Positions 1-9,581 of a stretch of 64,000 nucleotides of DNA are shown piece after piece (the stretch's first letter is position 1; each line of letters begins with the position of its first letter). The DNA comes from an uncultured virus (IMG/VR IMGVR_UViG_3300031890_000412) (taxonomy: Duplodnaviria > Heunggongvirae > Uroviricota > Caudoviricetes): positions 1 to 64,000 of IMG/VR virus record IMGVR_UViG_3300031890_000412, one strand, 5' to 3'. The notes beneath the pieces were generated by a model that saw only the letters and a list, made by a program, of their open reading frames with translations, ran no database searches and was not told the origin of the DNA. Both the position numbers and the translations under genes were made by a program.

Positions 1-2857
1 TGATCCAGCCCGGCGCCAGGTTGTTGAGGTTGTGCGTGATCTGCACCACCGCCGAGCCGGGGGACGGGACGGTGCCGGTGACCTTCTTCAGGCTCACTGC
101 CGGATCCAGCGACAGCCCGGCGGTGCCATTCGCCAATCCGCCGCCGGTGGCAACTTTGGCCGCCACCTGGGTGCCAGTGATGGTGATGCCGTTGCCTTGG
201 GTGTAGGCCTGTTGGCCCGCCACACTGCCGATGTTGACCCAGTTGGACACGGCGGTGTCCACCACGCCGGAGACGGCAGTCTCCTGCCACAGCGTGGACG
301 TCAGCGCGGTGCCCTGCGTGGCCACCACCAGCGCACCCTGCAACAGATAGCTGCCGGTGGCGAAGTCGGCCGGGCGCGTCCAGGCCCCACTGTTGACGAT
401 CCAGATCCCGTTGTTGACCGAGCTGGGCTGATTGGTGGCGAGCACCCGAGTGCCCAGCGGGGTCAGCACACCATCCACCGTCTGCTGGCCCGCCAGGCTG
501 GGGATGGCGGCAGTGGCCACGAAGTTGACCGTCTGCTTGTTGGGCTGCGACGCACTCTGCGCGGCCTGCACCTGGGTGGTTACCGCCGTGTTCAGCTGGC
601 TGCTGGTAACCGCGTTGGCCAGCGCGGTCTGCAGACCCACCACCTGGTTTTGGCCGATGGTGGTGGTATTGGCATACATCGCCCCGATCGACCCGGGAGT
701 GATGGTGACGGCGCCGGTCTGGCTGTTGACGGAGGTGACCGCACCGGGGAACAGCAGCAGCACCCAGTTGGACAGCACCGTGGGATCGGATCCGTTGAGA
801 ATGTAGGTACCCAGGTTGGCGCCTTGGGTGATCACACAAACATCGCCCTGTGTGGCCTGGGTCAACCCGAGCATCGCGGCCTGGCTGGTCACCTGCCAGG
901 TGTGAGTGAGCGCGGTGCCAGGCAGCTGGGCCGGGTTGACGGTGCCTCCCGGCCCGGTCAGATCCGCCTTGCCGGTGAGTGCGGTGGCCAGCCCGGTGAT
1001 CGCAGAGATGGGCGCCCCGGCAGGCAGGTTGACCAGGTTGGTCAGCTTCGCGGCGTCGAAGGTGCCGTAGGTCGCGTTGAGGTTGGCCAGATACGGGGTT
1101 AGGCCCGCGATATAGCTGATCGGGATGACCTGACTCGTCTGCGCGAGCGGGACGGTGCCGCTGACCAGATCGGCCTTGCTGGTCTGCAGCGCGGTGATGG
1201 CGCCGGTGTTGGCCTGCTGCTGGCTCAGTGGGGCCAGCAGACCCAACGCCGTCGACAGCCCGGTCACCTGCCCCTGACTGATGGTGATCGGGTCACTGCC
1301 ACCAGAAGCATGCGTAGAGGCGTGTGTGGTGGGCGTACGCGCGTTGGTGAGCCGGGTGTCGGTAGAAAGCACCCGGTTGTTCAAATCGGTGCTCAGGCCG
1401 GTCACCTGGCCCTCGGTGATGGTGCCGGTGCTGGCGTTGAGCGCCCCGATACTGGACGGGGTGATCTGAACCACGCCGGTCTGCCCGTTGACCATGGACA
1501 CACCGGACAGGTTGCCGATCGGGACGATGGTGCCGTTCTTTTTGACCAGGTTGTTCTGCGCGTTGAGGAACGCGACGTCATTGGGCATCACCGAGTCGGG
1601 AATCACGCCCCCGGCCGACACCGCCGTGTTGGCGTGCACCACCGTCTGATCGCCCGCGATGATGTTGACCTGGTTCTGCAGGGTGGTCAGATCGGTCTCG
1701 TCGGCTTTCAGGCCCAGCTGGGTCGATAGCCCGGTCACCTGGGCGATGTTCACGGTGCCGGTGCCGGTGGCCACCGCGCCAACGTCGCTCGCGCTAAGCG
1801 TCACGTCCCCGGTCTTGCCGTTGACTCCGGTGACCACATTCACCGGCAGCCAGTTGTTGCCCTGCACCGGGTTGGTGCCGATCAGCGCATAGCTGACGCC
1901 GCTGGGCACCCCGCCGGGCGCCAGGTAGGCGACGTCACCCAGCTGTACCTGGTTGGGATAGTTCAGCGCGTACATGGCGGTCAGATTGGCCACCGGGATC
2001 CAGCCGGTGACGGCGGCCGTCGGGATCTCGGTCATCGGGACATGCCCGCCGGTGTCCAGATCGGCCTTGTTGGGCAGCGCGGCGGTGTGCCCGGCCACGG
2101 TGGTGTTCAGTGTGGTGATCTGGTTCTGCAGGTTGGTGTTGTCAGTGGTCAGCGCGGTGCTGACCGCGTTGATGGCGTTCTGCTGGCCGCCGATCTCGCT
2201 GGCCACCGACGCGCTCAGCGACTCGAACTGGGTGTCGGTGTAACTTTTCGCCGTGCTCAGCGTGGTTGCCGCCGAGGAATTGATCTCCGCAACCAGCGTG
2301 CTGTTCAGTGTCGAGTCGGCGGTGACACGGGCCTGAGTCTCGGCGGTCAGCGCGGTGTTGATCGCAGCGAGGTCCCCGGGCACGGTGACCGGGTTGCCGC
2401 TGGCATCCACCACCTCACCGGAGCTGTTGAGCGCGGCCACCCCACCGGCCACCCCGATGTCGGTCTGCTGGACGTAGCTCACCCCGCCGATGACCTCGCC
2501 CAGGCTGGCCACCAGGGTGTCCCAATCGGTGTCGGCGTCGGGCATCGCAAACGGCGTGTTGGTGGTCGGCCCGGTCACCCCACCCTGGCGGATGGCGGTC
2601 AGATAGTTGACGTTCTGGGTCAGCCCGGCCGCGTTGCTGGGGACCAGCGCGAAAACGGCGGTGTTGGTGGCGTTGTTGAGCAGCACCGTCTGCTCCTGCA
2701 CGCCGCCGACATAGGTGGCCACGTCGGGAAAACTGGGCGTGGCCAGCGGGGTGACGGCCACCTCAATGGTCTGCGGGACCTGCACCCCGTCGACGGTGTT
2801 AACGCTTCGTTGGAAATTGAACGTGAGATTCCGTCTAATGAGCGTGGGTGCGGACAC
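1..2857 (-). CDS. Large tail fibre / minor tail protein (>952 aa, runs off the left edge)
   Basis: Manual translation from GTG 2857 (SD GGAGGAG): MSAPTLIRRNLTFNFQ..., open to base 2. T/G/A/V/N-rich, with three V(T/S)xVN(G/S)xTGxVxx modules, QVTGLSTxL/KAD repeats and HASTHASGGSDPI, typical of phage tail fibres. Absent from the ORF track because there is no stop in the window. Confidence 0.85.
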   Translation of the reverse strand, partial: MSAPTLIRRNLTFNFQRSVNTVDGVQVPQTIEVAVTPLATPSFPDVATYVGGVQEQTVLLNNATNTAVFALVPSNAAGLTQNVNYLTAIRQGGVTGPTTNTPFAMPDADTDWDTLVASLGEVIGGVSYVQQTDIGVAGGVAALNSSGEVVDASGNPVTVPGDLAAINTALTAETQARVTADSTLNSTLVAEINSSAATTLSTAKSYTDTQFESLSASVASEIGGQQNAINAVSTALTTDNTNLQNQITTLNTTVAGHTAALPNKADLDTGGHVPMTEIPTAAVTGWIPVANLTAMYALNYPNQVQLGDVAYLAPGGVPSGVSYALIGTNPVQGNNWLPVNVVTGVNGKTGDVTLSASDVGAVATGTGTVNIAQVTGLSTQLGLKADETDLTTLQNQVNIIAGDQTVVHANTAVSAGGVIPDSVMPNDVAFLNAQNNLVKKNGTIVPIGNLSGVSMVNGQTGVVQITPSSIGALNASTGTITEGQVTGLSTDLNNRVLSTDTRLTNARTPTTHASTHASGGSDPITISQGQVTGLSTALGLLAPLSQQQANTGAITALQTSKADLVSGTVPLAQTSQVIPISYIAGLTPYLANLNATYGTFDAAKLTNLVNLPAGAPISAITGLATALTGKADLTGPGGTVNPAQLPGTALTHTWQVTSQAAMLGLTQATQGDVCVITQGANLGTYILNGSDPTVLSNWVLLLFPGAVTSVNSQTGAVTITPGSIGAMYANTTTIGQNQVVGLQTALANAVTSSQLNTAVTTQVQAAQSASQPNKQTVNFVATAAIPSLAGQQTVDGVLTPLGTRVLATNQPSSVNNGIWIVNSGAWTRPADFATGSYLLQGALVVATQGTALTSTLWQETAVSGVVDTAVSNWVNIGSVAGQQAYTQGNGITITGTQVAAKVATGGGLANGTAGLSLDPAVSLKKVTGTVPSPGSAVVQITHNLNNLAPGWI

Positions 2858-2896
2858 GGCTCCTCCTGGCGCGACGGGTTCTCACCCTTATAGGCC

Positions 2897-3313
2897 TCAA
2901 ACCGCCACGAACGCAGCACCGCTCCACTGGTAGAGCTGGCCGGTATTGGCGGCCAGATAGAGGGTTTCGGGGACGCCGGTGGCCGGGAACGCCGCGACAT
3001 TGGCGTAAGTCAGCGTCTGCCAGCCATCTGGCGGGTCGACGTTGTAGCTGATTTTCAGCGTGTCGGTGGACTTTGCCTGCGGCGGGATGGCGTCTTTGGG
3101 CAGCGACACCACGTTGCCGCTGGTGGTGCACGTCGGGTGCGGACCACCGATGTAGAGCACGGTGCCGAACTCGGCGGTGCCTTCGATATCGCCGGGAAGG
3201 GAGGTGTCGTAGATGGACACCACGCGCGCCGCGTCCACCACCGTCATCGCGGTGAAGGTGACGGTGCCCGCGCTGGGGCTGAACGTGTAGGCGGTGACGG
3301 CGATCTCGGTCAT
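2897..3313 (-). CDS. Probable virion structural protein
   Basis: Start MTEIAVTAYTFSPSAGTVTF (SD GGAGG). Beta-rich; C-terminal FPATGVPETLYLAANTGQLYQWSG resembles tail-fibre modules; adjacent to the tail fibre gene. Confidence 0.6.
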   Translation of the reverse strand: MTEIAVTAYTFSPSAGTVTFTAMTVVDAARVVSIYDTSLPGDIEGTAEFGTVLYIGGPHPTCTTSGNVVSLPKDAIPPQAKSTDTLKISYNVDPPDGWQTLTYANVAAFPATGVPETLYLAANTGQLYQWSGAAFVAV

Positions 3314-3323
3314 AAAGCCTCCT

Positions 3324-3578
3324 TCACCTCTTAGGCGCGGGAATCCGCTTGAGACAGTGCACGCACAGGGTGGCATCGATGGTCGGCTGGAACTCGTGAT
3401 CGCATTCGTTGAGGTCTTTGGGGTCGATGCCGACGTAGGCCTTGCAGTCGCAACGGTCGATCTGCAAGAAGGCTTTCCGCTTCTCGTCCCAACCGCCCTG
3501 GCGGGTGTAGAAGCACTCGGGGTGGTGGTTGAAGTGCGGGTGGGTGCACCGCTGGCAGCGCACATGGCTACCAGCCAT
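3324..3578 (-). CDS. Small Cys/His-rich hypothetical protein
   Basis: CQRCTHPH...CDC...CVHC motifs. Confidence 0.55.
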   Translation of the reverse strand: MAGSHVRCQRCTHPHFNHHPECFYTRQGGWDEKRKAFLQIDRCDCKAYVGIDPKDLNECDHEFQPTIDATLCVHCLKRIPAPKR

Positions 3579-3726
3579 AGACCACCCCTACCCACAAGCC
3601 GTACGCGGTGACAAGCATGGCCAGCAGCATCGCGATCGCGACGATCACGCCTTCCGGCACCTGGTGGTGCACCCGCCACGACATCTCGCTTCCTCTCTCA
3701 CCTTTAAACGCGGGAGAGGCCGCGAA

Positions 3727-4449
3727 TCAGATGGTGTCGCGCACCTCATACCACTCGCCCTGCTCGTCCACGCGGACCAGCTTGGGCTCGTCGAGGATGG
3801 CCGCCGTCGGCTCCCACTTGGACCGGGAACCGAACTTCCAGGCCACCCGCGCCCTGTCCCGGGGCTGGCCGTCGAAGCGGGAGGCGATCAACGAGACGTT
3901 GTCGCGGTGGTTGACGATGCTGGGTCGGGTGTAGGCCACCATCAGGCCCTGCTCCCGGCACACCGTGGACACCGCGCGATCGGCGCACATCACCTTGGCG
4001 TTGCGTTCCACCCGGTCGGCCAGCCAGGGTGCCAGCTTGGTCTTGACCGCGTAGCCGACCATGGACAGCATCTCGGGCGCCAGCAGGAAGTGCGGATCGG
4101 CGCCGATCGGGTTCACCGACCGCTGCAGGACGGACTGCCAGTGAGTGGGATTGCCGGTACCCAGATAGAGACTGACGATCTGGGTGGGCGCCACCTTCAG
4201 GATGGCATCCAGCTGGTGACGAAAGTGGTGCACCGGCAGCGCGTCGTCTTCGAGCACCACCGCCCAGCCGTCATCGGTCCCGCGCGGGTTGATCCGCGCG
4301 ATCTCATGCAATGCCTTGGCATGGTTGCGTTCACAGCCCATGCCAAGGCTGTCCCAGACGATCTCGTCACCCACCTGGGAGGCCAGCTGCTCGGCCATCG
4401 TCGCCCGGTGGGGATGGGCGACGATGAACACCTCAGTGCGCTTGGACAA
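3727..4449 (-). CDS. Glycosyltransferase (GT-A fold, GT25-like)
   Basis: GC..NH, WAVVLEDDA (DxD-like), VGYAV, PSIVNH motifs as in mycobacteriophage glycosyltransferases. Confidence 0.75.
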   Translation of the reverse strand: MSKRTEVFIVAHPHRATMAEQLASQVGDEIVWDSLGMGCERNHAKALHEIARINPRGTDDGWAVVLEDDALPVHHFRHQLDAILKVAPTQIVSLYLGTGNPTHWQSVLQRSVNPIGADPHFLLAPEMLSMVGYAVKTKLAPWLADRVERNAKVMCADRAVSTVCREQGLMVAYTRPSIVNHRDNVSLIASRFDGQPRDRARVAWKFGSRSKWEPTAAILDEPKLVRVDEQGEWYEVRDTI

Positions 4450-4587
4450 GATCCTCGATCAATCGCATGTGGTGGCCAGCCTCGGGGTGGTCGGCGTCGT
4501 CGAAGAACCAGAACCGGCCCCTCCCGGCGAACTCCTCGTGATCGGGCAGCTCGTGCTTGCCGCCACCGGATTGCAGCAGTGAAATCC

Positions 4588-6102
4588 TCACTCTTCCTCG
4601 TCCTCCTGGTCGTCGGTCTCATCGTCATTTACCGGGTAACCATCGGCTTCCCGGTCCCACATGCCGTTGACGAACGTCAGCCCGCCATCGACATAACGCT
4701 TGGAGTACTGCAGCCGCCGTGTCTGGGTCATGTAATCCCAGGCCGAATGGTACAGCGGCTCGGGCAGCTCCCCGTCCAATTCGGGCTCCGGCGTGTCAGG
4801 GCGCTCGGGCAGGTCCAGCTCGGCCAGGTCGGCCCGCTCGGTGGCCTCGGAGGCTAGCCGGGGCAGCTCCTCGCGGATCTCGCCCAACCGCTGCTGCAGG
4901 TCGCTGAAGTCGCGTCCGCCCAGGTGCTCGTCGATCGCCCGCTGGGCCTCGGCCAGCCATGCCTGCTCGGCCTCACGCACCCGGTCGTCCAGCGTCTCGT
5001 CGAAGTAGGGCTGGACCGCGTCGGCCACCAGCTGGGGCAACACATCGGGCGCCAGTGCCAACAGCGCATCTATCTCGGTCTGCTCCACCCCGTAGCGCAC
5101 CGACCAGTTCTCCCGGCGCCGGTCCTCCTGGGTGACCGGGGACTGCGGCAACATCTGCTCGTTGCCGTCGGCATCGGTGTAGCGGATCTCCTCCGACACC
5201 TGCCTGGGAGTCAGCGCCGCCCGGTCGACGATCAGCTCCAACTCACCGAAGCCGTCCAGGTCGTCGATCCACTCCCTGTCCTCCCAATGCTGCAGGGCCT
5301 GCAGCTTGCGGGTCACGCTGATGCACATCTGGTGCCCGCTCGGGTCACAGTCCGCGAAATACAGAATCACACAAGGCCTGCCGTCCTGCACCGCGTTGGC
5401 CGCGATGCGGAACACGTAGTAGTCGCTGATCTCGCCGGTGGGCAGATACAGATCGGCACGGTAGCGCTCGGCCAGCGGCGCCAGCGTCGCGTACAGGCTG
5501 GACTTCTCCCCGATGAACACCAGGTGATAGGGCTGCCGGGCCACCAGCAGACCCTCCTGCCCGTCATCGCGCTCGGGCGTCTGCTGGGAGTGCAGAGTGG
5601 GCAGCACGTCGTTGGGCAGCTGGAACTCGTCGTTCACCTCGGCCCACAGCCCGCCCGGGAACGGCTCCTCGTACAGCCGCTCCTCGGGCGCATCGTTGCG
5701 CTCGTCGGTGATCTCGTCGAACGGGATCAGACCCAACCAGCGCGCCGACTTGATGGCGTTCTCGCCCAGCCACACCCAGTCACTGTGCAAATTGTTGATG
5801 CCCAGCGCGTCATCGACCAACCCATAGCGCAACCCATCCGGCTTGATCACCTGCCTCGACAGGAACACGTAGTGCAGGCCGCGTGGATGGATCCGGCTCC
5901 GTCCCATCACCGCGCGCTTGGTGTCGGCCAACCATTGGCCGTCCCGCCAGGCCGCCGGTCGATCGAACCAGAACGGGTCCTTGCCATCGGACAGCACCAG
6001 CCATTTCTTCGGGCTGGCCATCCGCCGCCAGCCGACCTCCTTGGCGGCCCCGACGATGTCCTGAATCAGCTTCGCCAACGGGTGGCTCAGTTCTCGTGCC
6101 AT
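4588..6102 (-). CDS. Spo11/TopoVI subunit A-like (JetD-like) TOPRIM protein
   Basis: HPRGLHY (wHTH Tyr), ARWLGLIPFDEITDER, QPYHLVFIGEK, ILYFADCDPSG (TOPRIM DxD), EIDAL. True start MARELS at 6102 behind GGAGAGACACAC. Confidence 0.7.
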   Translation of the reverse strand: MARELSHPLAKLIQDIVGAAKEVGWRRMASPKKWLVLSDGKDPFWFDRPAAWRDGQWLADTKRAVMGRSRIHPRGLHYVFLSRQVIKPDGLRYGLVDDALGINNLHSDWVWLGENAIKSARWLGLIPFDEITDERNDAPEERLYEEPFPGGLWAEVNDEFQLPNDVLPTLHSQQTPERDDGQEGLLVARQPYHLVFIGEKSSLYATLAPLAERYRADLYLPTGEISDYYVFRIAANAVQDGRPCVILYFADCDPSGHQMCISVTRKLQALQHWEDREWIDDLDGFGELELIVDRAALTPRQVSEEIRYTDADGNEQMLPQSPVTQEDRRRENWSVRYGVEQTEIDALLALAPDVLPQLVADAVQPYFDETLDDRVREAEQAWLAEAQRAIDEHLGGRDFSDLQQRLGEIREELPRLASEATERADLAELDLPERPDTPEPELDGELPEPLYHSAWDYMTQTRRLQYSKRYVDGGLTFVNGMWDREADGYPVNDDETDDQEDEEE

Positions 6103-6136
6103 GTGTGTCTCTCCTTGATCTCGGGCCCCGACGGGC

Positions 6137-6436
6137 CTAGACCATCGGTGGTTGATGGTCATTGAGTCGATGGCACCGGGCGCATCGAGGTACATATCGG
6201 TCGAGGTCCAAGCTGAAGGTATAACCCGTTCTGGGGTCAGACTTCGCTTCCGGGTCGGTCCCGTTGTATGACCATTCTTTCGCGGGAGCGGCACAGTCAA
6301 CGCATGTATGTTCCGACGCCTTGCCCCGCCTCCGAACCAATCTCCGATGGAGGCCGTGGTAACTGACCGCATCACCGACCCAGTTTTGGTTCTCGGTTCC
6401 CCACTTCGGGGGAAGCTTGTGCCGATAGTTGGTCAG
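6137..6436 (-). CDS. HNH-type endonuclease, probable CTG start
   Basis: NWVGDAVSYHGLHRRL..RGKASEHTCVDC...WSY...YVPRCARCH. Conserved-looking N-terminus extends upstream of the TTG at 6340 to AGGAG-N7-CTG at 6436. Confidence 0.65.
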   Translation of the reverse strand: MTNYRHKLPPKWGTENQNWVGDAVSYHGLHRRLVRRRGKASEHTCVDCAAPAKEWSYNGTDPEAKSDPRTGYTFSLDLDRYVPRCARCHRLNDHQPPMV

Positions 6437-6480
6437 CGTTCGTCTCCTGTTTGACGCCCCGGCGACATGGTTTCAGTGCC

Positions 6481-6861
6481 TCACGCGTAGCCACCGCCGT
6501 AGCCGCCGCTGGCGCCGCCCTGGTAGTAGGCCGGGCAGAAGTGCCATTCGGCACCCATCACTATCGCCATCGCCTGATGGTGCGACGCGATCGGCGGGGG
6601 CGGGGCCTCCATGTAGGCGATCGCCGCGCTCTCGCTGATCCCCTCGGACCGCCTCTCGCAGATGGTGCCCGCCAGACGCTGGGCGCTGTAGGCGGGCGCG
6701 GGCAGCCCCGCGATCGCCAGCTCGGCCGCGTACGCGGAGGCATCCCGATCCCCTTCAGAGCTGGCGTGCGCCAGCCCCGCGAACAGTACGCAGGCCGCCA
6801 TCAACAGCATCGCCGCCGCCGCGACGACACCGCCGATCACCAATTTTCGATTTCCGCTCAT
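6481..6861 (-). CDS. Secreted DUF732-like protein
   Basis: Signal peptide ending AHA-S; AY..EL...G, AGTIC, AEWHFCP pattern. Confidence 0.6.
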   Translation of the reverse strand: MSGNRKLVIGGVVAAAAMLLMAACVLFAGLAHASSEGDRDASAYAAELAIAGLPAPAYSAQRLAGTICERRSEGISESAAIAYMEAPPPPIASHHQAMAIVMGAEWHFCPAYYQGGASGGYGGGYA

Positions 6862-6913
6862 GTGTGTGTGTCTCCTCATAGATGATCCAAACCAGAATGT
6901 CCGGATACACCTC

Positions 6914-6944
6914 CATTATAGCAAGATTAGAGATAAGTTAGAGG
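6914..6944 (-). promoter_or_regulatory. Promoter: extended -10 TGcTATAAT with two upstream CTCTAA repeats at 11-bp pitch
   Basis: Plus-strand ATTATAG 6915, ATTAGAG 6926, GTTAGAG 6937 in an AT-rich intergenic patch. Confidence 0.7.
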
Positions 6945-7180
6945 AACCAGCAGCTGTGTTTCATGGGATCGGTAGCCATCGGGTGGGGATAGGAAAAGGG
7001 GTATGGCACAGGCGATTGGGTGGGGAACCGCAGACGATGCCGACCAGGGCACGCTGTGCGAGATTGCGTTGAACAAACTGCGCCGCTACGGCGCCGGGCA
7101 TGTCGTACTGGCGCCATTGGAGGCGGCGGCGCTGCTGGCGCTGATCGAGGCCTGGGACTGGGAGCGGACGTAAGATGCAC

Positions 7181-7213
7181 GAAGGCGGGCCTCCACTGGT
7201 GAGGCCCGCCCTC
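7181..7213 (-). terminator. Stem-loop, probable terminator
   Basis: gaaggcgggcctc-N7-gaggcccgccctc, just downstream of the stop at 7239. Confidence 0.6.
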
Positions 7214-7238
7214 GGCTTGATGAGGTGCTGCGCTGAGG

Positions 7239-7880
7239 CTATTCCAGTTCTCGCCCAGGATCCTCCCAAGATTCCACATCGATGACCGACGGGTCATCAG
7301 GCGGCGGCGCATGCAGGGTTTTGACATCGGCCACCGCCGCTTCGACGCTGTCCAGCTCTTTGAGAATGGGCTCGGAATGATCCCGGTAGAACTGATCGCG
7401 GGTCAGGAACTCCCCGATCATCCGCACGTTCTGCGCGGCCAGATTCAGCTGCTCCTGGGCCTTGAGGACCGACGAATAGGGATCCAGGGCCCGTTCCCGA
7501 GCCGACCGCTCGGTCCGCAGGAAGTTGCCCCGGGTCTTCAGCTCCTTGTCCATGACGCCCATCCGCCGGGCAGCGCGGGACTTGGCGTCGGCATCCATCC
7601 GCGCCTGCAGGCCCTTCCACACCTCGGGATTCTGGACCAGCTTCCACGCTTCGTTGATCAGATCCTCGGTGGTGCGGCCCCGAAGAGTCTTCACGGTGGC
7701 TCGGGCCTTGTCGATGGCTTCCCGGGTGCAGCCGAACCGGCGCATTGGCTCCTCGCGGCCCACCGGCTTGCCTGCCTCTATCCGCTCGCGGACGTAGGCC
7801 AGCAACGCCGGGTCATGGACGAAGGGGGTGACAGTGACAGGAGGGCGCGGTTTCCCGCGCCCTCCCTTCGCCGTGGCCAT
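7239..7880 (-). CDS. Hypothetical protein (possible N-terminal HTH, coiled-coil)
   Basis: Start MATAKGG coupled to the upstream stop; MRRFGCTREAIDKAR is HTH-like. Confidence 0.6.
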   Translation of the reverse strand: MATAKGGRGKPRPPVTVTPFVHDPALLAYVRERIEAGKPVGREEPMRRFGCTREAIDKARATVKTLRGRTTEDLINEAWKLVQNPEVWKGLQARMDADAKSRAARRMGVMDKELKTRGNFLRTERSARERALDPYSSVLKAQEQLNLAAQNVRMIGEFLTRDQFYRDHSEPILKELDSVEAAVADVKTLHAPPPDDPSVIDVESWEDPGRELE

Positions 7881-8593
7881 TAGCCGTTGCCCTCGATCGC
7901 CGTCTGTGACGCCTTGGCAGGCACCGCCAACGGGATCTCCTTCTTGGCCTCGCCCAGGAACTTGGCCGCCTGCGCGGTCAGCTCCGGCAGGATCGCCTTC
8001 TGGCGGCGAACCACCATGTCCAGCTTGGCCTGGTAGCGCTTGGCCGCCTTGACGTACGCCGTCCCGGCCGGGCCGGTGTAGTACTTCAGGATGAGCCCGT
8101 GATTGGCGCTGGCGAAACGCACCCGCACCAAACGGGACTCGGTACGACGCACCACCGGGTTGAAGAACGGCCGCATGGTGCTCGCCTCGCACAACACCAG
8201 CTGCTTCTCTTCCAGACCGCGCTGCACGTAGCCGGTGGTCGACCCCGAGGTGTAGCCCCACAGGTCCTGCGCCAGGATCCCCGCAGCGGCCTGCTCGTTG
8301 ACGTTGCGACTATCGACCTTCGGCCCGCCGGGCACCATCTCGCCGTAGAACTCGGCCATGCTGAACGCCAGCTTGGTCTCGATCTCCTGCTCGGTGTCCA
8401 GAACGTGGCTATCGATCACCGCGTTGAACACCGCCTCCTTGACCGCCTGGTCGTAAGGCTGCAGAACACCAGCGATGCGCGTGCACCAGCCCTGATCGAT
8501 CAGGATCTGGTCGCAGATGCGCTTGACTTCTTCGGGATCGGCCCCCAGCTCTTCCGCTGTGGGCTGGACGAACTCCGGATTTGGAGTAACCAA
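7880..8593 (-). CDS. Hypothetical protein
   Basis: TTG start at 8593 after SD GAGGAGG; phage-like codon usage. Confidence 0.65.
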   Translation of the reverse strand: MVTPNPEFVQPTAEELGADPEEVKRICDQILIDQGWCTRIAGVLQPYDQAVKEAVFNAVIDSHVLDTEQEIETKLAFSMAEFYGEMVPGGPKVDSRNVNEQAAAGILAQDLWGYTSGSTTGYVQRGLEEKQLVLCEASTMRPFFNPVVRRTESRLVRVRFASANHGLILKYYTGPAGTAYVKAAKRYQAKLDMVVRRQKAILPELTAQAAKFLGEAKKEIPLAVPAKASQTAIEGNG

Positions 8594-8714
8594 AATAATC
8601 CCCTCCTCAGGGATAGCCCCGCTCGGGGAACCCGTACTGTGGACGGACCCGGCGTGGGATTCCACCTGTCTACCAGGCGCCGTCGGCGGCGTCAACCTAT
8701 TGGGTAATTACCCC

Positions 8715-8879
8715 TCAGGTGTTCACCAGCTGTTCGATCCGGCCGACCTGGGCGTCCAGCCGGTTGGAAAGGGAAAGCAGCGCGGTTTCCTTGTCGTGGT
8801 GCCCGGTGTACGCCAGCTGCCTGCACTCCCGAGCCAGGCCACGCAGATCAGTGATCAGTGAGCTGTCGAAGTTGGGCAC
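8715..8879 (-). CDS. Small hypothetical protein
   Basis: GTG start with SD GGAAGGA; helical charged sequence. Confidence 0.45.
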   Translation of the reverse strand: MPNFDSSLITDLRGLARECRQLAYTGHHDKETALLSLSNRLDAQVGRIEQLVNT

Positions 8880-8925
8880 GGTGAACGTCCTTCCGGTTAC
8901 CGGGGTTAAGGAAACTTCAGTCCTA

Positions 8926-9156
8926 TCACGACCGCCGGAAGAGCCGCCTGCGCAGCCGGGTGAACATCTTCTCGAACCACCGCAGGCGCCAGCGCAGCCG
9001 CCACCACCGGGTGTTGTAGTAGGGGTTGAGCATCCATGGCGGCACGTCGTAGACCAAGGCGATCTGGTAGGTGGGCAGCCGGGAGGATTCGTCATGCTCG
9101 GCCAGGATCGGCTCGGTTTTAAACCGCATGCCATAGGGCTTGAGGATCTCGTTCAT
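8926..9156 (-). CDS. Small hypothetical protein with Arg/Trp-rich C-terminus
   Basis: MNEILKPYG with SD GGAGG; ends RWWRLRWRLRWFEKMFTRLRRRLFRRS. Confidence 0.5.
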   Translation of the reverse strand: MNEILKPYGMRFKTEPILAEHDESSRLPTYQIALVYDVPPWMLNPYYNTRWWRLRWRLRWFEKMFTRLRRRLFRRS

Positions 9157-9275
9157 CCGCGCCTCCACCCACTCCGCGCCCGCGCTATTCAAGCTCGTAG
9201 CCTCCGATCCCGTAGACGCGCCCAAAACGACTCGATCCCCAGCATAAACGCCGGGGACCGAATCAGGGGATGTGA

Positions 9276-9572
9276 TCAACGTTGCCAGGTGCCCTGGCGG
9301 CAGTGGACGATGTCCTCGGGCGGGGTGTAGGCCACGTCGCCGGGCCGGTCGCACGGTTGGCCTGGCTTCACCGTCAACAGACCACCATTAGCGCCGCGAG
9401 CCATCCACATACCGGATTGACCCGAACAGACCAGCGTTCCGTCCGACGAGACGATTCCACCCGGCGAGCATTGCCCGCCCGGCTGCTCACCGGAAGCGAA
9501 CACCGGGGACGCGGTGACACCGGCCACCCCGAGTAGCAGCGTGGCAATACCTATCGTTCTACGGACAATCAT
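9276..9572 (-). CDS. Small secreted Cys-containing protein
   Basis: Signal peptide (VFA-S); two PGxxC...C modules. Confidence 0.65.
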   Translation of the reverse strand: MIVRRTIGIATLLLGVAGVTASPVFASGEQPGGQCSPGGIVSSDGTLVCSGQSGMWMARGANGGLLTVKPGQPCDRPGDVAYTPPEDIVHCRQGTWQR

Positions 9573-9581
9573 GATGTTTCC

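Noticed and set aside
6103..6375. N-terminal extension of the 595-aa ORF 4588..6375
   Set aside because: Overlaps the HNH gene in another frame; the better start is ATG 6102 with SD and start motif.
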